64,000 nt of DNA from the NCBI RefSeq assembly GCF_006345805.1, contig NC_043015.1, positions 44,082,001 through 44,146,000 of the forward strand, read 5' to 3'. A program made the translations under genes and the position numbers. Below, in pieces: positions 42,193 through 55,432 of the stretch; within the stretch, counting starts at the first letter, position 1, and every line of letters begins with the position of its first letter. The notes under the pieces were generated by a model, which was not told the origin of the DNA, did not search any database, and worked only from the letters and a program-made list of their open reading frames with translations. This DNA comes from Octopus sinensis. Lineage: Eukaryota.

Positions 42193-42743
42193 GAGTGAGA
42201 GAGCAGTGCATGCCATCAACGTGACACTGGGGTAAAATATACGAAGCCCAATATACCCATCATGACTACCCGTCTGATAAGGGTACACCAGGCATATGCA
42301 TCACAACCATATGTGCGCGACATGGTGATCTCATATCAAGGTAAACAGCGCATGACCTTGCAGGTTGTGCCCAGTTACAATTTTCTTCAGGTTGAGTAGC
42401 CCATCCCGCTCAAAAGGTACCTGAATAAGGGTTGTTTAAGGATGTTGAACGAAACACCCATGTTTCCAGAGGTGAATTATTCAAACCCCAAGAATCCCTC
42501 TCAACACATGGCTATGATGCCTCCCCCACTACTTCTGCTCGTGATCAGAGATGCAAATATCGTCAGCCACTAGGGACATGCTCAACTGGTTGAGGTCAAA
42601 CAGCTGACAAGCAAATCTGTGGTATTGAGCAGAATATTTGCTGTAGCCCATCTTTTACCAAGACAAAGCAATGTACATGATAACACTTCCAATCAGTTAA
42701 GATCAGAAGCCATGAGAGCCACTGCCTGGTATTGCATCAGGGC
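42193..42743 (-). mobile_element. Non-coding ~550-bp interspersed element in (AAT)n arrays (element B)
   Basis: Truncated copies at 50009-50338 and 58598-58755; no ORF; strand inferred from truncation and tail. Confidence 0.75.
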
Positions 42744-42760
42744 TTTTATTATTATTATTA

Positions 42761-42834
<74 letters not shown>

Positions 42835-42865
42835 GATTTATTATTATTATTATTAATTATTATTA

Positions 42866-42909
<44 letters not shown>

Positions 42910-43139
42910 CTTCCGACGCCGTTAGACGTACGTGAATCAGCTCCGTGAATTTGACACCAATTTCATTGGAAATTTATTAATAGGTTTGAATATTTTTTAA
43001 TATTTTTGTAGCCAAACCGACCGGCTTCTTGCGGAGCTCGTCGGTTGGGCGAAATTTTGCCCCATTCGGGGTGAAATTGCGTTTGAAAACTTTGAACATT
43101 TGACATTTTTCAACATTTTGAATATTACAACAAAAAAAA

Positions 43140-44156
43140 ATGGCTATGAAGCGAACAGTTGGCTGTTCCTTCCTTCAAGATACACTCCCTCCGCAAACAC
43201 ACACACTCGTACAAACACCCCACTTCACGCCTTAAAAGGCAACAAAGATTCTCCTTCCGAACCGCAGAGCACGCGCTCGGTTCAAAGGAAATGCAAGCAG
43301 GACGTCGCGTTCGACGTAATTCTTGATTTTCCCCTCTGCCTTCACCCAATGCTTTGGTAAGGAAGGAGGAGGAAGAAAAAACAAATACAAAAATCATCAC
43401 AAACATTGACACGGAGATAAAAGAAAAAACTTCCAACAATTTTGCTTCTGCTGCGAAGCAAATTTCGGAGGAAGTTAAGATAACTCTAGAAGATGTGAAA
43501 AGAGCGAAGGAATTGTTAAGGAAGGATGGCAATGGTATCTTCCTCAATACTCCACAAGAGGTGATTGAAAGCACCAACAAGCAAACAATAATTTACAAAG
43601 TTTTCGACAGAAAACTAAAAAGAATAACAAATGCCACACCCCAACAGTTGGAGATAGCTCTAAAGCCCATTTGGGCCCAAAAGAGCTACGTAACCAAGGG
43701 GAAGCGTTTTGGAACCGTGGAGGTTCGCTTCCCAACAGAGGAGCTGGCAAGGGCGAACGCCATTTCGCCCTTGCAAACTGAGAATTTGTTACTAATTCCA
43801 ACCCACCTCGGGCGAAGAGTGACAAAAATAAAAATCGACCTCGTCCCCCTGACTAAATATGTCATGGCTGGTGGCAGCTGTCCTCTATGATATAGAGGAC
43901 ACTACCACCATTCTAGATGTCAGGAGAGTGAGGGCGAAAAACTGGTTGGGGATGGGAGTGCTGCTTCTTGCGCAAATTCAGCAAGAGAATATAAGTAAAA
44001 TCCCTGATTTCGTAAGTTTGCCGGACGGCACCAGGCTAAACGTTGCTGTGGAGGGGCGAAAGCCAAAATGTTTTCTCTGCAGCAGCGAAAGCCACTTAAA
44101 GAGGGACTGTCCCATTCACAAAAAGAGGATGGAGGCTTTCAGCAAGAGGCAGCAGC

Positions 44157-44187
<31 letters not shown>

Positions 44188-45006
44188 CAAGCAACAACAA
44201 CAGAAACAACAAAAACAGCAAGAAACACCAAAGGCTGCCACACCACCAACACCATCACCAACACCAGCACCAAGACGAGCAACACCACCCCTCCAACAAC
44301 AACAACCACCACCAACCAACACCGACAACCACCACCAAACCAACACCGACACCAGTACCTCGAAGGTCGACAGCAGCGACATCAACAGTAACAGGAGCAG
44401 CGGCACCACCGATACCGGTGGAACCAGAAAACTTTTCGTCCTGCTACTGAAGCAGACCCCTCAACCATTCCTTTGCCGGATGAAGAGATCTCGGATTGTG
44501 CGAGCTCTGATTCCAACAAAGGAGAATGGAACATAGTACCTCCAAAAAAGAAAAGGAGGAAAAACAAAAAGATTTACAGGGGAAGCACGAACAAACAGTA
44601 CTTCCCAACATCAACAACAACATCAACAACAACACACACTCACAACAACAACAACAACAACAACACTTTCGACACCACTACTGCCACTACCACAGACACA
44701 AACAAACACAGACACAATTACAGACACGATTACAGCAATGAATACAAAAACCCAAACTGGTTGAGTATTTGAAAAACAAAACAAGCACAAACATAACAGA
44801 TTTCATAATACCAACACACAAACACACCACCAGCACACATTCTCACAAAAATAAATGCAAAAACATTTGATGAAATAAAACAAATATTCCCTAACGATGT
44901 GGGATCGCTAGGGAAAAGTTTCTCGAAGAAACTTTATAAAAACATTATTGAAGCACCCGTGCAAAAGCACAAGGGAGCCACCCCCACCACCAACAACAGT
45001 AAGTAG
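43140..45006 (+). CDS. LINE ORF1 (RRM-like region, zinc knuckle, polyQ/PT-rich tail), frameshifted
   Basis: ORF pieces 43354-43890, 43859-44536 and 44473-44772; motif VEGRKPKCFLCSSESHLKRDCP (CX2CX4HX4C) and WNIVPPKKKRRK. Start and end approximate. Confidence 0.8.
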
Positions 45007-45042
45007 AGCCTTTTTTCTCCTTTTTTTCCCCTACTTTGAAAC

Positions 45043-48000
45043 ATGGCAAATCTTAGAATCGGTTGCTTGAATGTGAGAGGCCTCGGGTCACCTTGGAAAC
45101 AGGGTCACCTGTTAAACGACCTGAGGTTTCATGATGTGGATGTAGCAGCCATCAGTGAAACCAGGCTCTCCGACCCGCAGGAACTCGCAGCCCTTTTCGG
45201 CGGATACGAGATATTTCTATCTCCGTGTCGGCCGGGAGCGGGCGGTGGGTGGTACTGCGGTGTTGTTTCGGAAGGGCCTGGACCTGAAAATAAGGACAGT
45301 CTTCTTGGATCCGGAAGGTAAGTTGGTGGTCCTCGACGTGGACGGTAGTGACGGCGGTGCTTTCAGACTGCTGGCTGCCTACGCTCCGACAGGAGCAGGG
45401 CAGTCGGATTATTTCAAACGTCTGGAAGTTTTCCTGGGAACGTCACGCACTCTAGTACTAGTTGGGGATTGGAACGCTGTCTTAGACGAACGTTTCGATC
45501 GGGTGGGCAGGGGAGCGTCTGATAGGAGAGGGGGAGGGTGCAAGAGCCTCGCCAACCTACTCGGCCGCTTTCAGCTGTCCGACAGGTTTCGACTAGACAA
45601 CCCGAATGTGCCAATGTGGACTTGGACAAACCGCATCGGGTCGTCTAGATCGTACTTAGATAGAGTGTTTTGTAGGCCAGCGGATAAGGACAGCGTAGGG
45701 TGTCCACAATTCCACCTAGTCGAATATACGGACCACAAATTAGTGATCTGTACGGTCGACTTAGATAGGCTACATAGACAGGGACCCGGCTACTGGAAGC
45801 TGAACGCGTCGTTAACGGCGTGCAAAGCTTACAGAGACCGGATTAGTTTACTAGTTAAGCGGGCGCTCACGGGGGCAATCATCAACAACAACTGGTGGTT
45901 TGCCCTCAAGAGAGCAATTAGAGTAGAGTCGATTAGGTATAGTAAGACTCTAGCTATTGAACGTAGGAAGAGAGAGCGGGATTTAGTTAAGAAACTAGAC
46001 GAGGCTCTTGACACTGGCATCGCGACCGACGTGTTGGCGGCAAGGTTGGCCCTCGACCAACACTTCGACGCCAAACACGAAGGCTGCGTTGTCAGAGCTA
46101 AGGCACGTTCGCTAAGCGGGGAGGGGACTAGAGCCGCTCGATGGGCCCGCGTGGCGGAGGCGAAGCGAGGCAACAGAGCAACCATTCGGTCTTTGGTGGA
46201 CCAGAACGGGCGCGAGGTTACCAACCGAAGCAGATGTGTACGGTGCTTCAGCGGCACTTTGCTCAACTGTTTGGGACGAGCGGTGGAACGGACACCAACG
46301 GTACAGACTTCGGTGTGTACCTGGACGGACTGCCGCAACTCTCGGACAGCGAGGCAGAGTGCTGCGAAGGACCGATATCTCTGCCTGGGAAGTACAGGAA
46401 GCGATGAAGAGTTGCACGAGAGGTAGATCGCCGGGTTGGATGGTCTGCCCTACGAGCTTTACTTTTCAATGCCAGACTTGTTTGCGGACCTGTTGGCAAA
46501 CGTCTACTGCAACTGGCAGCAAAACGGGAGAATTCCTGCTTTTGTCTGTCGAGGGTGGTGGCTTTGCTAAAGAAGGACCCAAACAAGGGGGACGTTATAG
46601 GGAATTTCCGGCCCATCACTCTGCTCAATGCAGAGTTGAAGATTTTGGCCAAGGTGCTAGCCAAGAGATTGGCGCTTGTCGTGGACAAGCTGGTCGGCGG
46701 ACGCAGACATGCGCCGTGCCGACCAGGTCGATACACGACAACCTCCATCTCATGCGCTACATCATAGAGAGGGTGGGTAACGACGCTGGCGCGGGTGGGG
46801 CTTTGATCAACTTGGATCAGAGTAAAGCCTTCGATAGGGTCGACCATCGGTACCTGGCAGCTGTCCTCAGGCAGCCGGCTTCGGTCCAGTCTTCCGCGGG
46901 TGGATCGCTGCTTTATACAGCAACATCTGCTCGGTGATACGGGTGAACGGTCACCTTTCGGAACCGTTCGACATCTCGCGTTCGGTCCGCCAAGGATGCC
47001 CTCTCTCCTCCCTCTTGTACATTTTGACTCTCGAGCCATTACTGCGCAAGTTGGAGGCTTTGAGGGGCATCCCGCGCGATCTAGGAGGCGGAAACAGCGT
47101 GTCTGCTTATGCCGACGACGTCACCGTGGTGGTGTCGAGCCACAGGCACATTGGCCTGATTGGCGAGACGCTAAACCAGTACGAAGCGGTGACAGGGCAA
47201 AGATTAACGCGGAAAAGTCTGTGGGCTTGCAACTGGGCACCTGGAGAGGCAAGCCCATGCCGTCCAACAGCGTCGTAGGGCGCTGGACAGACGGACCCGT
47301 TAAACTGCTCGGGGTCTGGTTCGGTCCGGACCTCCAGGTGGATAAGAACTGGGAAGAGGTGACGAGCAGGGTGGCACGTCTCACCCAGAAATGGGCCGAG
47401 AGGAAGCTGTCCCTGAAAGGTCGAGCGGAGGTGGCGAATGCGTACATCGCATCCGTCATCTATTACCGCTTGACCGTCGTCCCTTGTCCCGACCGCTGGT
47501 TGGCCAAGCTGGTACGCCTGCTCTTCGACTTTTTGTGGAAGGGTCAGGTGCCACTGGTCAGGCGATCCATCTGCTGTCAACGACCGCTGAACGGAGGCCT
47601 TGGAATGCCGTGGTTGCTGTTGCGCAGACATGCGCTCAGGCTGCGGCATCTCAAGCGCTTCCTAGACGGTGAACAGGTGTGGTCGTCTTTTGTCAGACGC
47701 GATTTTCCGCAGCTCGTCTCTTTGACGGAGCTGCAGACCTGGATCAAACGTAGACCGAGAAAGGGCGCTTGGCACCTCGAGTGCCGTCAAGCCCTCTCCG
47801 CCCTCCACCAGGCGGGCAATGCGGTCGGTTACAGCTCCACTCTAGCGTTCTATAGAGGGTTAGTGGAGGAAAAATGCGACGACGTTCTCGGGGAAACTCT
47901 AGGCGTTGAAGACGACGAACTGAGCGGTCTGTTCGGGAGGACTTTCGGGCCGGGGCCGATGGATAATTTCCAGAGGTCTCTCGCCTGGCAGTGCTACCGA

Positions 48001-48474
48001 GGGGCTCTGCCTGTTCGAGATAAACTCTACCGGCACGGAAGTGCCGTCAGCCGGGCCTGCCCGAGGTGTTGCCAGGACGACGAAACCGTTCTGCACGCAC
48101 TCGTCCAGTGCCCGAGTATTGCTGAAATATGGGTTTATGTCGAACAGCTACTGTCACGTGTAGGACGGATCCGACTATCGGCCGAATCCATAGTGAAGAT
48201 TGCCCCGCCGACCTCCTTTAACAAGGAGGGCGAGGCCGTTTTCTTGTGCCTTGTGGCTGTGGCGAAAGAAGTCGTGTGGTGGACTCGTTTGAAAGGGCTA
48301 AAGTCAGACACTTTCCTCTTTGGTCAAGGCCTCATCAACTTTTTCAAGTTTCACTTGAAAAGGAAGATGAGGTTAGAGAGGAAAGTGCTGTCCGATAGCA
48401 AGTTTTATGAAAGGTGGGTGAATTGTGCGAGACTGGCCTGTATAAATGGACCAGTTCTCAGGTTTCGCCTGTGA
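45043..48474 (+). CDS. LINE ORF2 (apurinic-like endonuclease, reverse transcriptase, CCHC), about 8 frameshifts
   Basis: LNVRGL, ISETRL, GDWNAV, SYLDRVF, TDHK (APE); FRPITLLN, DQSKAFDRV, RQGCPLS, YADDV (RT); CPRCCQDDETVLHALVQC. Confidence 0.93.
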
Positions 48475-48796
48475 TTTCAAAGAAAAAGGTAATGTAAAAG
48501 GAGAAGAAGGGGACTCTCTACACCCCTTTTTTTGACCAGGCTCCCGTTGGCTTTTGTAGGGTTTTTTCCACCGGAACTTTCGAGACGTCTCCCATTTTGG
48601 GAGTTTTTCATTGTTGAATTTTATAAGTTTTTATAAGATTTTTACTCGATGTTTTTAAAAAACGGCAAAACCCTTTGTAACCTTTCGTCTCTGTCTTGTC
48701 CCTTTATGTAATCATGCGTGTTAGCCCTTGTGGCCAATAAAAAAGAATTGATTATTATTATTATTATTATTATTATTTATTATTATCATTATTATT

Positions 48797-49530
48797 ATGG
48801 CGGCGAGCTGACAGAAGCCGGGCGAAATGATTACCAGCATTTCGTCTGCCGTTACGTTCTGAGTTCAAATTCTGCCGAGGTCGACTTTGCCTTTCATCCT
48901 TTCGGGGTCGATAAATTAATTACCAGTCGAACACTAGGGTCGATGTAATCGACTCATTCCCTCCCCCAAAATGGTTCTGCTCGCGACAAAATTTGAAGCC
49001 ATTCTTCTTCTTCTTCTTCTTCTTCTTCTTCGTTATTATTATTATTATTATTATTAAGGCAGTGAGGTGGCAGGAGTGTGAGCACGCCAGACAAAATGCT
49101 TAGCAACATTTCGCCATTCGCTAAGTTTTGAGTTCAAATTCCACCGAGGTCGCATTTGTCTTTTATCTTTTCGGGGTCGATAAATTAAGTACCTGTGAAA
49201 ACCTGGGCTCGATGTAATCGACTAGTCCCCGCCCCCAAATTCAGGCCTTGTGCCCATAGAAGAAAGGATTATTATTATTATTATTATTATTATTTATTAT
49301 TATTATTATTATTATCAAGGCGGCGAGCTGGTGGAATCTTTAGCACGTCGGGCGAAATGCTTAGCACTATTTCCCCCGTACTACGTTCGGAGTTAAATCT
49401 CCGCCGGGTTCGACTTTGCCTTTCAATTTTTTTTGGTGTCAATAAATTAAGTACCAGTTGAGTATTGGGGTCGATGAAATCGACTTAACTCCTCCCCACA
49501 AATTTCTGGCCTTGTGCCTACAGTAGAAAT
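48797..49530 (+). mobile_element. Three tandem SINE family A copies (48797-49005, 49057-49265, 49318-49530)
   Basis: Each has head, B box, core and tail, separated by (ATT)n. Confidence 0.85.
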
Positions 49531-49534
49531 GATT

Positions 49535-49900
49535 ATGATTTCCGCCTTAACGAAAGCGGGGGTATTGTTTTCAGTCGTGTTTGTTTATTTGTTCGTGCAC
49601 AAGACATCTCAAGTACCGCCAGATAGATTCGGATGAAACTTTCAGGGATGTTTGGCCATGTGACTGGCACGAATTGATTAGATTTTGGGAGCGGTCCGGT
49701 ACCGGACAAGGAATCTGGATTATCTTTCCAGGTTTTTTTTACTTAATTTTTAAGAGCGGTCGGATTCATTTTTAGTATTCTCGTTTGTAAGAGCAGTCGA
49801 ATTTATTTAAGATATTCTCATTTTAATAATCATCTCTGGCTAATCGTTGAGAAGACGTAGGTGTTGCTTTGGTGGAGGTTTGCGCTCTCTGAGTGCTCTG
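49535..49900 (+). mobile_element. Helentron-associated/DINE-1-like non-autonomous element
   Basis: 5' ttccgcctt..gcgggggtattgttttc and 3' ttggtggaggtttgcgctctctgagtgctct termini resemble this element class; assigned from memory. Confidence 0.5.
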
Positions 49901-50008
<108 letters not shown>

Positions 50009-50339
50009 GAGTGAGAGAGCAGTGCATGCCATCAAAGTGACATTGAAGTAAACTATAGAAAGCCCAAGATACTCATCATGACTACCTGTCTGATAAGGGT
50101 ACACCAGGCACATGCATCACAACCAAATGTACGCGACATGGTGGTCTCATGTCAAGATAAACTGCGCATAACCTTGCAGGTGGGGCCCAGTTAGAATTTT
50201 CTTCTGGTCGAGTAACCCATCCTGCTCGAAAGGTCCCTGAATAAGGATTGTTTATGGATGTTGAATGAAACGCCCATGTTTCCAGAGGTGAATTATTCAA
50301 ACCCCAAAGAATTCCTCTTAACATATGGCTATGATGCTA

Positions 50340-50492
50340 CCCCGCTTATCATCATCATCATCATCATCATCATTATCATTATCATCATCATTATTCTTAT
50401 TATTATTATCATTATTATTATTATTATTACCATTATTATTATTATCATTATTATCATCATTATTATTATTATTATCATTATTATTATTATCA

Positions 50493-50526
<34 letters not shown>

Positions 50527-50624
50527 CATCATTATTATTATTATTATTATTATCATTATTATTATTATTATTATCATTATTATTATTATCATTATTATCA
50601 TCATCATCATCATTATTATTATTA

Positions 50625-50655
<31 letters not shown>

Positions 50656-50800
50656 CATTATTATTATTATTATTGTTATCATCATCATCATCATCATTAT
50701 CATTATTATCATCATCATCATCATCATTATTATTATTATTATTATTGTTATCATCATCATCATCATTATTACTATTATTATTATTATTATTATTATTATA
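50340..50800. repeat. (ATT)n/(ATC)n microsatellite
   Basis: Directly visible; similar arrays at 16420-16540, 17365-17605, 42745-42908 and 55730-55840. Confidence 0.95.
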
Positions 50801-51264
50801 GTGTAGTTTTTTTTCTACTCTCCAGCATCACGCGCTCTCTTCCTCTCTCTCCATCTGTTACAATTTCTTCAGTCTGTCTGTCAGTCTAACTATCTATCTA
50901 TCTACCCATCTATCTGTTTATCCTGCCTCATTGAAATGTGTCTGTGCAACATGGCCTATTTCTTTTGTAAACTTTCAACCATGTGTATTTCCCAGCCGAC
51001 TGAATTAAGTTGAGTTAATCGGAAATTATCGGGGCGCTTCTGAGGAGAGTAAGGAGACGTATGCATTCAGCTGCAGTGAGCAGTTTGCGTCTCTTTGCTT
51101 ATATTTAACACATAAGTGTACACATACACACACAAACACACATACACTCACACAAACACACTCACACCTGTCTGTCTGTCTGTCTGTCTGCCTCTCTGTC
51201 TACCTATCTATTTATCTATCTATCTGTCTGTCTGTCTATCTATCTATCTGTGTGTGTGTGTCTG

Positions 51265-51331
<67 letters not shown>

Positions 51332-51394
51332 GCCTGCCTGCCTGCCTGACTGTCTATCTATCTGTCTGTCTGTCTGTCTGTCTGTTCTGTCTGT

Positions 51395-51428
<34 letters not shown>

Positions 51429-51444
51429 ATCTATCTATCTATCT

Positions 51445-51487
<43 letters not shown>

Positions 51488-51522
51488 GTCTGCCTGTTTA
51501 TCTACACACACACACACACACA

Positions 51523-51591
<69 letters not shown>

Positions 51592-51663
51592 TTATATATT
51601 GATTGAAGAACAACAATGCAGGCTGGCTTTCATTTATTTTCTTCTTTTACTTCACCATTGTCG

Positions 51664-51697
<34 letters not shown>

Positions 51698-52099
51698 GAT
51701 CACCATCATCATCAATCATCATCATTATGACCATGATCAGCAACCTCTTCGTAACCTTTGCTCTTTAAAGTAACACATGTATATTTTCACATTGTTACAA
51801 GGTCAAACATTTTAGTACTGTAGTGTGTGTGTGCATGTGTGTATGTGTGCATGTATGTATGTGTGTGTATGCATGTATATGTGTGTGTATAATTGTATGC
51901 ATATATTTATTTATGTATATTTATTTATATATGTATATATTTATGTATGTGTATGTATGTATTGTAAGTGCGCGCGCGTGTGTGCAGACAATTGAGTATA
52001 CTCCAGCACTTTATTTACTATTGTTGCTGTTCATATTGTTCCTTTTGTATTTCCTGATTTATATCCTGTAGGGTCACGTTCCAGACGATGAGTCTGAGA

Positions 52100-52290
52100 C
52101 ACTCTAAGGAAGACGTCAAATGACTGACAGCACTTTCTACATTATGTGAACTGTTTGAAGTAGTACAATCTTTTGAACTACACACGTATTGATTTTGCTT
52201 TGCATACCGTTGGCTAACCTTTCTATTCCCTTGTTCATCGGTCTCCGAATATCCAATGACATTACGGCTGTGGTGTCGGACCCATTGTGA
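52100..52290 (-). mobile_element. Decayed RLE-element C-terminal fragment
   Basis: VIG...QKIVLLQTVHIM*KVLS resembles the QKxxLLGTAHILRKVL end of R4/Dong ORFs. Confidence 0.4.
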
Positions 52291-52337
52291 GTCAAGGTTT
52301 CCGGTATAATTTCTGAAGAGCTGGTATAATTTCTGAA

Positions 52338-52568
52338 GGCGGCGAGCTGGCAGAAACGTTAGCACGCCGGGCAAAATGCTTAGCGGTATTTCGTCTGCCG
52401 TTACTTTGTGAGTTCAAATTCCGCCGAGGTCGACTTTGCCTTTCATCCTTTCGGGGTCGATAAATTAAGTACCAGTTACGCACTGGGGTCGATGTAATCG
52501 ACTTAATACCTATGTCTGTCCTTGTTTGTTCCCTCTGTGTTTAGCCCCTTGTGGGTAATAAAGAAATA
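52338..52568 (+). mobile_element. Young SINE family A variant with LINE-like tail and 16-bp TSD
   Basis: TSD ggtataatttctgaag at 52323-52338 and 52569-52584; body looks consensus-like relative to the other copies. Confidence 0.9.
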
Positions 52569-55014
52569 GGTATAATTTCTGAAGAGTAGCAGGAGGGGTT
52601 GGTTTATGCACTAAGTACGAACGGTCGGTTTGCAATTTGGAACCTGGTCAAGCAAGATCATGGTGTACAGCAGTGCCTGTTGTTAGACCTCAGCCCGGTT
52701 AATCTGCAGGTGATCTAGTTCGAACCAGATCATGGCGTAAAAATAATCATGGGTAAAAGTCACGTGTAGGATGATCTGGGAGTAATTCTGAGCATCAAAT
52801 ATATCAGACAAAGTAGCATGCCTTAGAAGACTTTCAGGTCGGTGATTATTTGGCCGATTTCCAAAGTGTCTTTGCTTAGCAATTCTGCAGAGGAAGGAAA
52901 TATCCCCCTGTACGTGATAATTCCTACAAACATGAACATGCTAGAGCCGCCAGATATCAAACTTTTCCGAGATGTGCCTTGGTGATTTATATGGCGATAC
53001 TGTTCTCTATGAAACCGATCAATATCCGTACGCTTGTTGATTTCTGGGGATATGTCTAACAGCCTCTATTATGTGCAGCGCAAATCGGCCTGTTAGTCAA
53101 GTCCGTCAAGATCGAACGTCGACATTTTTTCCTATGGAAAACCAGATAGTTATCCTATGGTTAGTGTTTGTACGAAGGTTGCCGTGCGGTTGAGGCGGTC
53201 GAATGACATAGCTTTCACCCCTCAGATCGATCCCTCATTAGTTTCTTGAAGGGCCACTTAAAGAGGAATGTGACACTGGATAGGGATATGTCGCTCTTCA
53301 GTGAATATTCTAAAACCGGATAGGGAATACTCTTACTCTTTTTACCCTTTTACTTGTTTCAGTCATTTGACTGCGGCCATGCTAGAGCACCACCTTTAGT
53401 CGAGCAAATCGACCCCAGGACTTCTTTGGAAGCCTAGTACTTATTATGTCGGTCTCTTTTACCGAACCGCTAAGTTACAGGGAATGGTAAAACTAGCTCC
53501 TGGAAATGGGACCACATTAACTGTGCGGCTGTTAGCTGCCTGGTAACAATGTCTGAAAAATGTTCTCGAGTTTCCTGCAGTGGAATAAATTGCGCATATT
53601 TGTAGGATGAACTGCATCACTGAATATGATTACCGAACCTCATTTTGGTGGTTAATTTCTTGTTCTTAATTTGTTTTTGTATATTGTTAATGCTATGGAA
53701 ATGTTATCAATTCGCGGAAATGTTTTGCGCTCACTCCTGTTCCTGTTATGCGACGTAATTCCCTATTATATTTTTACTGCTTCTTGGGCTTTTTCGGTTA
53801 ATAAAAGAATCATTATTTTTGTTATTAAAAAGACAATTGTATGACAAATTTTATAAAGATACGTTAGCAAATTCCAAATAGCAAAATTTATACATCACAA
53901 CATTATTTATTATTTTTTTTCACGTTTGGATATTAAATCTCAATGGAGCTTGCTTTAATTTTTTTTAACAATTTCGGCGAGAAGCGAGCGTAAACATCAG
54001 AGCATTGGATAAAAAAAACAAATCCTTTCTGTATATTATATATCCCGGTTTCTTTTGAGCTTAAACCCAGCTTAGGTCAACTTTGCCTTTCATTCTTTAG
54101 GTGTTAGTATACAAAATAGCAGTCAAGACCGGCAGAGTGATGCAATCGTTAGCGTGTTAATAAAATGCCGACGAGTATTTTTTTTTCTGGCTCTTTGCAT
54201 TCTGAGTTCAAATCTCACCGCTTCCCGGATTACCACGACCTTAACCCCTAGGGTGCTTTTTGTGGTGCAAAATGTAATGCAAGAATTCGGGTAGGATTCC
54301 CGGCCTGGTTAGAAGATGAGTTAGAACAAATTTCGGAGACCTCAACAAGCATAATGGGGAGGGGGGTGTGATGTTCTTCATTTTGTTAAGCGATAAAAAA
54401 CATACCAGTCATTTATACAGATCAATCAACTGACTATTACATTATTCAATAATTTGTGGCTCTGTGCCAATGTATGGAATCAATAACGCTACTGTTGTTA
54501 TGTTTGTTTATATTTTGAAGAGGAGAATTAGCAGTGACTACCAAAAAAAATCGAAGCTTCATTGCTCTAATCAAATAAACAGACGTGTAACAGTTTAAAG
54601 TGCACCGAATTGTTTTCAGGACAGGAGATGCATCGATTTATAATTAGTCTAACATAGTTGCATATGCGACATCATATATAGCAAATGCTGCTTAGCTGAT
54701 GCGCTCCTTTCATCAACTACCGTCTAATTAGAATGGAGAGTAGCATACAACCGCCCTGTATATGTTTATTTATATAATAACCAACAAAATGTCTGCCTCT
54801 CTATCCATTTCCACCTCTCAGTTCATCTAACTGTGTTATTAACATATTTACAATTTTTCTATATGCTTCTCTGACTACATCCCTGTCCATACCTCTATGT
54901 GTCTGTGCATCTCATGTTTTACTCTATCGTCAGTTTAACCCATGTATCTGTCAATATGGTAAGTGGAATGTATATTTATTATTAGAAATATTAAATTTCT
55001 AAATATCTCATTTT

Positions 55015-55395
55015 GGAAGCACTCCGTCGGTTACGACGACGAGTGTTCCGGTTGATCCGATCAACGGAACAACCTGCTCGTGAAATTAACGTGCAAGTGG
55101 CTGAGCACTCCACAGACACGTGTACCCTTAACGTAGTTCTCGGGGATATTCAGCGTGACACAGAGAGTGACAAGGCCGGCCCTTTGAAATACAGGTACAA
55201 CAGAAACAGGAAGTAAGAGTGAGAGAAAGTTGTGGTGAAAGAGTACAGCAGGGATCACCACCATCCCTGCCGGAGCCTCGTGGAGCTTTAGATATTTTCG
55301 CTCAATAAACACTCACAACGCCCGGTCTGGGAATCGAAACCGCGATCCTATGACCGCGAGTCCATGTCCTAACCACTGGGCCATTGGGCCTCCAC
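55015..55395 (-). mobile_element. tRNA-derived SINE, family B, with 11-bp TSD
   Basis: TSD aaatatctcat at 55001-55011 and 55396-55406; a related empty site is at ~61805-61830. Confidence 0.88.
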
Positions 55396-55432
55396 AAATA
55401 TCTCATAAAGATATGTACGGTGGTGGAGCGAT

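Larger units (their letters stand above)
42909..48750 (+). mobile_element. Full-length Tx1-like (L1 clade) non-LTR retrotransposon
   Basis: 5' UTR, ORF1 with CCHC knuckle, ORF2 with APE, RT and C-terminal CCHC, then a 3' UTR ending AATAAAAAAGAATTG; (ATT)n on both sides. Confidence 0.92.

Noticed and set aside
45414-48096. Long minus-strand and alternative-frame ORFs over the LINE
   Set aside because: Shadow ORFs of the GC-rich ORF2, or its frameshifted pieces.
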